A stretch of DNA of 64,000 bases from an uncultured virus (IMG/VR IMGVR_UViG_3300029305_005184) (lineage: Duplodnaviria > Heunggongvirae > Uroviricota > Caudoviricetes), in the IMG/VR virus record IMGVR_UViG_3300029305_005184; one strand, given 5' to 3'. Positions 55,836 to 64,000 of this stretch are shown here, piece after piece. A model generated the notes under the pieces. That model was not told where the DNA came from. It saw only the letters and a program-made list of their open reading frames with translations, and did not search any database. The stretch's first letter is position 1, and the number at the start of each line of letters is the position of its first letter. The translations under genes were made by a program, and so were the position numbers.

Positions 55836-57197
55836 ATGGCTGGCGGCACTTTTACCCTTGCCGGGAAGAAGGACAGACCCGGAACTTATGTAAATCTGAA
55901 AAGCCAAAAGAAAACCTTGCTTGCAGGTGCAAGAAGCGGCACTGTTATCCTGCCGCTGATCAAGCACAACTACGGTCCTGCGCAGGAGTTCATTGAAATC
56001 ACCGCAGCGGCTCCCGACGACGGATTTGAGAAGCTGGGCTACAGCATCTATGACAACGACCCGAACCAGAACATGCTTCGCATCCGCGAAACCTTGAAAG
56101 GCGCGGAAAAAGTTGTCGTATTCATTCCTACTGAGGGCAAGAAGGCAAGTGCGGAGGTTTCCGGCATGACCTGCACCGCCAAGTACGGCGGCAGCCTGGG
56201 CAATGATCTGAAGGTTTCCGTAGTTGATAACGCGGAGCTGGGCGAAGGTTTCTTCAACGTGGTTGTCACCCTCGGCGCCGCCACGGTTGAGACCATGACC
56301 GGCATGAAGACCATCGGCGATGTGATCGCCCACGGCTGCGCATGGCTGGCCGTTACCGGCGAAAGCGCAACCGCGCTTCAGGCCGCGGCTGCCGTTTCCC
56401 TGACCGGCGGCGAAGACGGCGCAATGAACAACGCCGATTTCACCAATATGGTGGACAAAGCCGAAAGCATGGATTTCAAGGTGTTTGCCTTCCCGTATTC
56501 CAGCGAGACCTACGGTGCGCTGTGCGCGGCCATCAAGAGCAAGGTGGAATTCATGAACAACGGCGCAGGCAAGCGCGTAAAGGCTGTTATGGCCGCATAC
56601 GCAAGCGACTACGAACAGTGTCTGAACGTGACCAACGGCGTTGTTCTTGAAGACGACACCGAGATCACAAAGGAGCTGGCCGTATGCTTTATCGCCGGTA
56701 TCACTGCTAGCGCAAGCTACACCCAGAGCAACACCTACCGCGCATATCCCGGTGCAAAAAGCGTTCTCAATCCGAAGAATCACGATGAAGCCGTGGCCGC
56801 CATCCGCGCCGGCGAAATCTTCTTCAGCTATAACAACGCTTATGAGGTTGTGGTCGAATACGACATCAACAGCCTTACCACCATTACCAGCGATAAGGAC
56901 GAAAGCTACAAGAAGAACCGCGTAATGCGCGTATTCGACACTTTCATCGAGGCGCTCAACGCCAATTTCCCGCCCAATAAGTATGACAACAGCGAGACCG
57001 GCTGGGCTGTCATGGAGGGCGTAGGCCGCTCTCTGCTGGAACTGTTTGAGAAGGACGGCGCGATCGACGAAGTGGATTACGAGGCCGACTTCCAGGTGGA
57101 CCGCAAGCTGAGCGAAGGCGACAAGACCTTCTTTAATGTTGGTCTGAAAGCTGTGGACAGCGCAGAAAAGCTGTTCTTCACCGTAAACACCCGATAA
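55836..57197 (+). CDS. tail sheath protein (XkdK-like)
   Basis: MAGGTF..K.RPGTYVN, AKY.G..GN, LTGG.DG, DINSLT, KNRV.RV.D, AEKLF. Confidence 0.93.
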   Translation: MAGGTFTLAGKKDRPGTYVNLKSQKKTLLAGARSGTVILPLIKHNYGPAQEFIEITAAAPDDGFEKLGYSIYDNDPNQNMLRIRETLKGAEKVVVFIPTEGKKASAEVSGMTCTAKYGGSLGNDLKVSVVDNAELGEGFFNVVVTLGAATVETMTGMKTIGDVIAHGCAWLAVTGESATALQAAAAVSLTGGEDGAMNNADFTNMVDKAESMDFKVFAFPYSSETYGALCAAIKSKVEFMNNGAGKRVKAVMAAYASDYEQCLNVTNGVVLEDDTEITKELAVCFIAGITASASYTQSNTYRAYPGAKSVLNPKNHDEAVAAIRAGEIFFSYNNAYEVVVEYDINSLTTITSDKDESYKKNRVMRVFDTFIEALNANFPPNKYDNSETGWAVMEGVGRSLLELFEKDGAIDEVDYEADFQVDRKLSEGDKTFFNVGLKAVDSAEKLFFTVNTR

Positions 57198-57251
57198 GGG
57201 CATTCTGCCGGGCTGCATGCGCGGCCCGGCAAGTTATAAGGAGGTTTTTCT

Positions 57252-57680
57252 ATGAGCATCAATAAGCGCCGCATATCCATGCGCGAGGGCGAAGCCTATC
57301 TGGACGGCCTCAAGGTTATGGATTCCATCAAGCTGGAAGCCAAATTCACCCCGGAGGTTGTTGAAAGCCGTGCGTTGAAGGAGCGCGGCAAGTCCCGCCG
57401 CTGGATCGGTTACGACATCACCGGCACCCTCGGCGAATATCGCGCCACCCCGTGGCTCAGACAGGCCGTTGAAAAGTATATGCGCACCGGCATCACTCCT
57501 GAATTTACCATCACCGGCATTCAGGACGACAAGAACAGCGAATACTACGAGGATAACGGCCTGATTGCCCTCACGCTCTCCGGATGCGTGCTGACCGGCG
57601 ATATTACCCTTTTGCAGCTGGATTCCGAAGGTGAACTCGTAAAGGACGAGGTTGAGTTTGCCGCGGCATCCATGACCTGA
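57252..57680 (+). CDS. tail tube protein (XkdM-like)
   Basis: Follows sheath; 142 aa; ITGTL, DITLL.LD. Confidence 0.85.
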   Translation: MSINKRRISMREGEAYLDGLKVMDSIKLEAKFTPEVVESRALKERGKSRRWIGYDITGTLGEYRATPWLRQAVEKYMRTGITPEFTITGIQDDKNSEYYEDNGLIALTLSGCVLTGDITLLQLDSEGELVKDEVEFAAASMT

Positions 57681-57755
57681 TCCTAAAATCACACATTGAC
57701 CACAGGCGGACGATAAGCGTCCGCCTGAATTTATATTTTGAGGAGGATATCAATC

Positions 57756-58223
57756 ATGTCTAACGCTACCAGCCTGAAATTTTTCATGCGCGAGGAACTG
57801 AAGCAGGAAATGATCGTTGAGGTTCCCGGCATCCAGACCTTCTGCGACGATAAAGGCGAGCCTGTTCCCTTCAAACTCCGCGCCATCGGTTCCGACGAGC
57901 TGAACAAGATTCGCGACGGCTGCCATATCCGCAAGATGGTAAAGGACAAGAAAGGCAAGCCCATGTTCCTGAACGGTCAGATTCAGTATACCGACGAATA
58001 CGACAATGTGCTGCTGACCGACATGCTGATCGTCAGCTCCCTTGTATTCCCTGATCTTCGCGACAAAGAGCTTCTGGCGTTCTACAACGAACAGGATTCC
58101 ACGAAGCTGGTGCACAAGGTGTTCCGCAGAATCGAGGATTACAAGTATATCTCCGAAAAGGTCATGGAGGTTTCCGGCATCACCGATGATGCGGACGACG
58201 TGATTGATACCGTAAAAAACTAA
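57756..58223 (+). CDS. tail assembly chaperone (XkdN-like)
   Basis: PVPFKLRAI, VFPDL.DKEL; ends V-K-N at a slippery site. Confidence 0.85.
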   Translation: MSNATSLKFFMREELKQEMIVEVPGIQTFCDDKGEPVPFKLRAIGSDELNKIRDGCHIRKMVKDKKGKPMFLNGQIQYTDEYDNVLLTDMLIVSSLVFPDLRDKELLAFYNEQDSTKLVHKVFRRIEDYKYISEKVMEVSGITDDADDVIDTVKN

Positions 58224-58420
58224 TTGCCGAAGGCGGCGATTCGGAGAGCCGTTGGGCGCATTTGCTATGGCAGAGAAAGCGCATCCCCTTTGAACGCTTC
58301 TACGCCATGTCGCCTGATCTGAGATCAGTATACATCGCATCCGAGATGGAAGAAATGCAGAATCCGCAGGAGCCTATCAGTATACTTCTGCGAGCTTTAT
58401 CCAAGATCAGAACCAAATAA
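58214..58420 (+). CDS. -1 frameshift extension of the tail assembly chaperone
   Basis: A AAA AAC heptamer; -1 frame open to TAA at 58418-58420 (LIAEGGDSESRWAHLLWQ...). Confidence 0.8.
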   Translation, partial: KKLIAEGGDSESRWAHLLWQRKRIPFERFYAMSPDLRSVYIASEMEEMQNPQEPISILLRALSKIRTK

Positions 58421-58516
58421 AGCTGCGGCTATGCGCCGCCGCACAGGAAACAGCCCGCCGGGAAAGCGCAAGCCGCTTCTTCCAGCGGGCTGTTTTCGTT
58501 GAAAGGGAGGGTTGCA

Positions 58517-61500
58517 ATGGCAACACTTACCGCCATTTTTCAAGCGCAAGACCGAATCAGCAGTGCACTGAGAAACACAGCCTCGCAAGGCTCCAAGACA
58601 TCCAGCATACTGCAAAAGATCGGCAATATCGGTTCCGTTGCCTTTAAGGGCATCGTAACCGCCGTAACCGCTGCGACGGGCGCGATCACCGCACTCGGCG
58701 GCGCGGCATTGAAAGTCGGCCTGAATTTTGAGGCAAGCATGTCACAGGTCATCGCCACGATGGGCAAAGACCTCTCAACAGCCGAAGGACAGGCCGCTTA
58801 TGATAAACTGGCTGCCACCGCAAAGGAAATGGGCGCATCCACGGCGTTTTCCAGTTCCGAAGCAGCCGACGCATTGAACTATCTGGCTCTTGCAGGCTAT
58901 GACGTGGACAAAGCCTGCGCAGCGCTCCCCAACATCCTTTATCTCGCCGGTGCTGGCGCGATGGATCTGGCAGGAGCATCCGACCTTGTTACCGACGCAA
59001 TGGCGGCTTTGCAGCTTGAAGCGAATCAGGCAAACCTGACGCAATTCTCCGATCAGCTGGCAAAGACGGCATCGAGTACAAATACATCCGTTTCGCAGCT
59101 GGGCGAAGCCATACTGACGGTGGGCGCAACCGCCGCCAATCTCGCCGGCGGCACAACGGAACTGAACACCGCGCTGGGCATCTTGGCAAACGTAGGCATC
59201 AAAGGCGCAGAGGGCGGCACACACCTGCGAAACCTGATTCTTTCCCTTCAGAGCCCGACGGACATCGCGGCTAAGAAGCTGAAAAGTCTGGGCGTATCGG
59301 TATACGACTCAGAAGGCAAAATGCGCGGCATGGGCGATATATTTGCCGACCTGAGCGGCGCGATGGAAGGCATGAATCAATCCCAGATTGACAACATCAT
59401 GAGCACCATCTTCAACAAAACCGACCTTGCGGCGGCCAACGCGCTGCTATCCGCAAGCGGCGATGAATGGGAGCGCATTTTCGGCCTTATTGACGAAAGT
59501 GCAGGCGCATGTGAACAGATGTACGCAACCATGATGGATAACCTCAAAGGTGATTTGGACGAGTTTTCAAGCGCAAGCGAAGCGCTGGGCATCGCGGTCT
59601 ATGATTCCTTAAAAGGTGAATTGCGAAACATCGTTCAGATGGGTACCGGGTACATCAACCGGCTCACCGCTGCATTTGAGCAAGGCGGCTTTGAGGGCAT
59701 GGTGACGGAGCTGGGTTCTGTGCTGAGCGACGCCGTTGGCGTGATCGTATCTTATGCGCCCATACTGGCAGACGCCGGTGTGAACATCATCGTAGGTCTC
59801 GTGGACGGCATTGCAGGCAACGCAGACATCATTGTTGACGCTGCGCTTCAGATCGGCGTAGTGCTGGCGCGCGGCATATTGAAGATTGCGCCTCGGCTGG
59901 GCAAGGCGGTTGTTACCGCACTGGGTTCTATCGCCAAGACGCTTCTGACCATGCTGCCCAAGCTGCTGGGCAAGGTGCCGAACAGCCTGTTTGACGCGCT
60001 GGGATTGAGCAAGGGCAAGATCATTCTTGCAGTTGCAAAATTCGGCACACACATGAAAGACGCTATCGGCCAGTTGTTTGCCGGAGATACTTTTGGTGCC
60101 GTTGATTCCATCGGCGCGGCATTCAACATGGACGCTGGCGCACTTACAAAAGTAAAAGGCATCCTGACCAACATCGGCACGGCTTTCAGCACTGTATGGG
60201 GATTTGCACAAAGAGCAGCCGCGGCCATAGCGGGCTTTATCGGCAAATTCGCATCCATCGGCGGGATCGAAGCCATCGTAGCCGGACTCGCCTCTGCATT
60301 TATCGTTCTGAAAGGCATCAACATCGGCAAGAGCCTCATGAACATGGCGAAGGGATTCAAGACAGCTGGAACCGCGCTGAAGGTTCTGCTTTCCGGCAAT
60401 CCGATCATGCTCATCGTAACGGCGATTGCCGCGCTTGTGGCCGGTATCGTATTGCTGGTGAAGAACTGGGACACGGTAAAAAACGCGCTCGCAGGCGGTT
60501 TGGACAGCATATTCGGCGCAGGCACATTTGATAAGGTTTCTCAATCACTGAGCAAGGTTGGCGAATCCTTTACCAAGCTGGGTCAATGGGCAAGTTCTTC
60601 CTGGGGCGACATCAAAAACGCTTTCAGCGAAGGTTATAGCAGCGGCGGTCTTGTAGGCGGTTTGAAAGCTGCGCTCGGCTCCATCGTAGATACCTTTTCC
60701 GGCATTGATTGGGTCGGGATTGGAACAAGCGCATGGGAGGCCATCAAGAGCGGATTCAGCGCAACCGGCGATTGGATCAAACAAAAGGTGCTCGGCGACA
60801 GCTATACACCCGATTCCACATGGGGCGACGTTGGCTTGCAGATATGGGAAACCATCAAAGGCGGCATTTCTGCCACCGACGATTGGCTGAAGGAAAAGCT
60901 GGGCTATTCACCCAGCGATTCGTGGAGCGAAGTCGGCAAAGGCTTATGGGAAAAGGTGAAAACCGGAATTTCGGACGCTGGCGACTGGCTGAAAACGAAG
61001 CTGGGATATACACCTTCGGATTCATGGAGCGAGATCGGTTTGTCCATGTGGGAAACCATCAAAGGCGGCATCAGCGCAACCGGCGATTGGCTCAAAGACA
61101 AGCTGGGCTATACCCCGTCTGATTCGTGGGGCGATATAGGCGCTTCGATATGGAGCAAGATTTGGGGCGGCATTACCGATACCGGCGAAATACTAAAACA
61201 GAAATTGAGCGAAGTGCTCGGAAAGATACCGGGATTCATCAATGAACTGCTTGGCGGCGGCGAAGCCGGCGCGGCGGGTGAAGGCATCCTGACCAGCATC
61301 GGCGAATCCTTCAAAACTTCATTCGAGAATCTAGGCACATACTTTGAACCGATCAAGGAAAAGTTCGGTGAAATATGGCTAAAAATCCAAGAGGTTGGCC
61401 AAAAACTTGTTCCTGTTTTTGAGTTTATCGGTAACGGATTTTTGACGATTGCAAAGGTGGCGGGTGCTGCTTTAGGCGCAATCGCCACATGGTTTACCGG

Positions 61501-63166
61501 CTTAATCAACGGCGTTATCAACACCATCGGCCCGGTAATCTCCGCTATAGTCAATTTCTTCGGTGCCATAATTGATATAGTATCAGCTGTAATCAGCGCG
61601 ATCACAGGCGATTTTTCCGGCGCATGGGAGAGCCTGAAATCCGCATTCCAGGGTATATGGAACATGATTCAAGACCTTTGGGCGGCGATCAGCGGATTTT
61701 TCAGCGGTATATGGAGTATCGTCTCCGGCGTTGTCGATGCAATCGTCGGCGCATTCAGCGGCGTAGGCGTGTTTATCTCCGGCATCTGGACGGGAATCGT
61801 GAACGGCCTCATTAACGCGCTGAACTGGTGCATTGACCGAATCAACGATCTTACCGGCGGCTTATCCTCTATCTGGACATGGACAGGCCTTGAAGGTATC
61901 GGCGAAATCGGGCATATTGACCCCGTTGAAGTGCCGGTCACATATGTTCCTCAGAACACCGCGGACAGTGCAGGATCAAGCGCAATCGTTGTGGATGTGC
62001 CTGTAAATCCCGTATTCGACACCAGCTCTTACGGCGAACAGATCACAACGGCGACGGATGCTGTTTCTCAGCAAATCGCAGGAACAACGATTGAAATGCC
62101 TCAGTTGGACACTTCCGGGCTTGAAACTGCCAATCAGACGGCGGCAGAGACCAAGACCACCATTGAGGAAATGGGCAATATCACATTACCTGATCTGAGC
62201 ATCGGAACTGCTGATCTGGAAAATATGCAGCTCTCCATCGCGGACACAACCTCCAGCCTGAGCAGCCTTGAGACGGAGATCAGCAGCGTAAGCAGTTCGC
62301 TGACAGACCTGAATACCGGCATCGCACAGACGGCGGCCACGCCCGTCACTGTGGACACCACACCCGTAGAAACGCTGGATTTGACCGGGCAAGGCACGCG
62401 CATTGCGGCAAGCCTGAACACCGGCATATCCTCGATGGGCGGCGCGATCACAGCGACGGTAAGCACCATCGGCGCAGGAATTAGGAACACGGCTGCGGCT
62501 GTAAACCTGACATCCGTAGGCGTAAACATCATGTCCGGCCTGCGCAACGGCATCAACAGCATGCGCGGCAGCCTGATCGCCACGGCCAATTCCATCGCAA
62601 ACGCTATCAAGAACACCTTGAAAAGAGCGATGCAGATCAATTCGCCATCCAAATTCACCTTTGGATTGGGTCGATTCCTGGATGAAGGCCTGATCGGCGG
62701 CATGCTGGGCGGATTGCGCAAGGTAGTTGCCGCAGCCACAACCGTGGCAATGGGCGTTACCGGCGCATTTGGCGGCGCAATGGCGGCGGATGTTCATCTG
62801 GGCATACCTGCCTACGCAGCCGGCACGCGAAATGCGGCCAATATCGCACTGGTGGGCGAACGCGGTCCTGAGATCGTGGCCGGAATCGGCGGCGCGACGG
62901 TATTTCCCAATACGGAAACGGAGCGCATCCTGAACGCCATCGGTCAGCCGCTTCAGATTTCCACCGAAGGCTACAATTACAAAGACCGAGATGCTGAAAC
63001 CGTGCGCCGGGTGGTGATCGAGATCGCCGGACACGGCAGCATCGAAGTTACCGGCATGAGCAAGGCTGAAGCGGTTGAGCTGATCAACAGCAGCCTGAAA
63101 CCCGAACTCATGCGCATACTCGAAGATGAAATCTTTGAAGGAGGCGACGATACTTATGAGTTCTAG
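58517..63166 (+). CDS. tape measure protein (TP901 family core)
   Basis: FEASMSQV.A, EAADAL.YLALAG, GIKGAEGGT.LR, DNL.GD, I.SPSK, VGERGPE. Confidence 0.95.
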   Translation: MATLTAIFQAQDRISSALRNTASQGSKTSSILQKIGNIGSVAFKGIVTAVTAATGAITALGGAALKVGLNFEASMSQVIATMGKDLSTAEGQAAYDKLAATAKEMGASTAFSSSEAADALNYLALAGYDVDKACAALPNILYLAGAGAMDLAGASDLVTDAMAALQLEANQANLTQFSDQLAKTASSTNTSVSQLGEAILTVGATAANLAGGTTELNTALGILANVGIKGAEGGTHLRNLILSLQSPTDIAAKKLKSLGVSVYDSEGKMRGMGDIFADLSGAMEGMNQSQIDNIMSTIFNKTDLAAANALLSASGDEWERIFGLIDESAGACEQMYATMMDNLKGDLDEFSSASEALGIAVYDSLKGELRNIVQMGTGYINRLTAAFEQGGFEGMVTELGSVLSDAVGVIVSYAPILADAGVNIIVGLVDGIAGNADIIVDAALQIGVVLARGILKIAPRLGKAVVTALGSIAKTLLTMLPKLLGKVPNSLFDALGLSKGKIILAVAKFGTHMKDAIGQLFAGDTFGAVDSIGAAFNMDAGALTKVKGILTNIGTAFSTVWGFAQRAAAAIAGFIGKFASIGGIEAIVAGLASAFIVLKGINIGKSLMNMAKGFKTAGTALKVLLSGNPIMLIVTAIAALVAGIVLLVKNWDTVKNALAGGLDSIFGAGTFDKVSQSLSKVGESFTKLGQWASSSWGDIKNAFSEGYSSGGLVGGLKAALGSIVDTFSGIDWVGIGTSAWEAIKSGFSATGDWIKQKVLGDSYTPDSTWGDVGLQIWETIKGGISATDDWLKEKLGYSPSDSWSEVGKGLWEKVKTGISDAGDWLKTKLGYTPSDSWSEIGLSMWETIKGGISATGDWLKDKLGYTPSDSWGDIGASIWSKIWGGITDTGEILKQKLSEVLGKIPGFINELLGGGEAGAAGEGILTSIGESFKTSFENLGTYFEPIKEKFGEIWLKIQEVGQKLVPVFEFIGNGFLTIAKVAGAALGAIATWFTGLINGVINTIGPVISAIVNFFGAIIDIVSAVISAITGDFSGAWESLKSAFQGIWNMIQDLWAAISGFFSGIWSIVSGVVDAIVGAFSGVGVFISGIWTGIVNGLINALNWCIDRINDLTGGLSSIWTWTGLEGIGEIGHIDPVEVPVTYVPQNTADSAGSSAIVVDVPVNPVFDTSSYGEQITTATDAVSQQIAGTTIEMPQLDTSGLETANQTAAETKTTIEEMGNITLPDLSIGTADLENMQLSIADTTSSLSSLETEISSVSSSLTDLNTGIAQTAATPVTVDTTPVETLDLTGQGTRIAASLNTGISSMGGAITATVSTIGAGIRNTAAAVNLTSVGVNIMSGLRNGINSMRGSLIATANSIANAIKNTLKRAMQINSPSKFTFGLGRFLDEGLIGGMLGGLRKVVAAATTVAMGVTGAFGGAMAADVHLGIPAYAAGTRNAANIALVGERGPEIVAGIGGATVFPNTETERILNAIGQPLQISTEGYNYKDRDAETVRRVVIEIAGHGSIEVTGMSKAEAVELINSSLKPELMRILEDEIFEGGDDTYEF

Positions 63167-64000
63167 CGCATGCCAGATGTGGTTGACCAACAATGCGGGA
63201 GCTGATCGGATTCAGCTCCCGGTCAACCCGGAGAAAATCACCATATCACAGGGCAACAAGAACGAAACGGTAAATGTGGCCGGTCTGGGTGAAGTGACCA
63301 TCATTCAGGATCGGGCAGCATTGCAGTTTGAATTTTCTTCCCACTTCCCCGGCGTTAAGCATCAGGGGTGCGTGGTGAAGACGCTGTACGCTCCTTCATA
63401 CTACGTGGACAAGATTCGCAAGTGGATCGAGAGCAAGAAACCCGTAAAGTACATCGTAACAGGCTGCAACATCAACGTATTTTGCAGCATTGAGAGCTTT
63501 TCCTATTATGAGGAGGGCGGCGATCCTGATACGCTGCACTACACACTGAAGCTAAAGGAATACCGGGAGGTAAAAATCCGGCAGCTGGACACTTCGCCGA
63601 AGATTCCGGCCGTAGTTGAAGATCCTAATATTCCCGATCCGAAGATTGCAGTTAAGCAGATAGGCACCGTGACCGGCGGCAGCGTCTATTACCGCAGAGG
63701 CCCGTCCACCAGCTACAAGGCCTACGGCATCAAGCACAAGGGCGACAAGCTGGACGTGATTGGCAAAAGCGGCAACTGGTATAAATTCACTTACGCAAAA
63801 GGCGAAGGCGGCGTAGCGTGGATGAGCGGAAAATACGTGAAGATCACCGAGACCAAGACCTATCAGAAGGGCAAGGTGAGCACCGACGGCAGCCGCCTTG
63901 TGCTGTACAAATCTGCATCCAATACCAGCGCGGAGCTTGCGAAAATGCCAAACGGCGCAAGCGTGGAGGTTCTGGCCAGAAGCGGAAGCTGGTATCAGGT
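63156..64000 (+). CDS. XkdP-like tail protein with C-terminal SH3b domains (partial)
   Basis: GGAGG RBS; LPVNPEKI, V.GLGE, F.SHFP, Y.LKLKEYR, then R.GPSTSY..G..GNWYK; runs off the window. Confidence 0.75.
   Translation, partial: MSSSACQMWLTNNAGADRIQLPVNPEKITISQGNKNETVNVAGLGEVTIIQDRAALQFEFSSHFPGVKHQGCVVKTLYAPSYYVDKIRKWIESKKPVKYIVTGCNINVFCSIESFSYYEEGGDPDTLHYTLKLKEYREVKIRQLDTSPKIPAVVEDPNIPDPKIAVKQIGTVTGGSVYYRRGPSTSYKAYGIKHKGDKLDVIGKSGNWYKFTYAKGEGGVAWMSGKYVKITETKTYQKGKVSTDGSRLVLYKSASNTSAELAKMPNGASVEVLARSGSWYQ

Larger units (their letters stand above)
1..64000. mobile_element. Temperate myovirus-type phage genome segment (PBSX/skin-like structural module)
   Basis: Integrase, repressors, replication module, terminase, portal, capsid, sheath, tube and tape measure in canonical order; no host housekeeping operons. 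Confidence 0.97.

Noticed and set aside
1..64000. Diversity-generating retroelement, retron or stop-codon reassignment
   Set aside because: No reverse transcriptase or TR/VR pair seen; genes are intact in the standard code and no suppressor tRNA is evident

Overview
The whole window is a temperate Firmicutes (probably Clostridia-type) phage with a contractile tail, apparently in excised/circular form, because an attP-like site sits mid-window with phage genes on both sides. 1-22349 is a leftward early arm: many small accessory genes, two adenine/N4-cytosine methyltransferase-like genes, dCTP deaminase, a DnaC-like loader, a replication initiator with iterons and a single-chain SbcD-SbcC fusion. 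22474-26700 is the lysogeny module: two divergent HTH pairs, a DUF4041-like protein, integrase, and attP carrying the 3' half of tRNA-Pro(GGG). 26755-42063 is a rightward accessory arm: a tRNA/ncRNA cluster, a beta clamp, a C5 methyltransferase, a second tyrosine recombinase, two SSBs, RecU and a late activator. 42110-64000 is the late operon: a ParB/TGT-like/methyltransferase/queuosine-precursor-transporter cassette, terminases, and PBSX/skin-like head and tail genes, cut off in an SH3-bearing tail gene. Highlights: (1) a candidate salvage-based 7-deazaguanine DNA-modification cassette; (2) an intergenic type II hammerhead ribozyme; (3) five near-identical promoters with an embedded GCCCC-N5-GGGGC operator; (4) non-canonical tRNA-like RNAs; (5) a MuF toxin domain fused in frame to its probable immunity gene. 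All protein calls rest on motif recognition by eye, not database searches.
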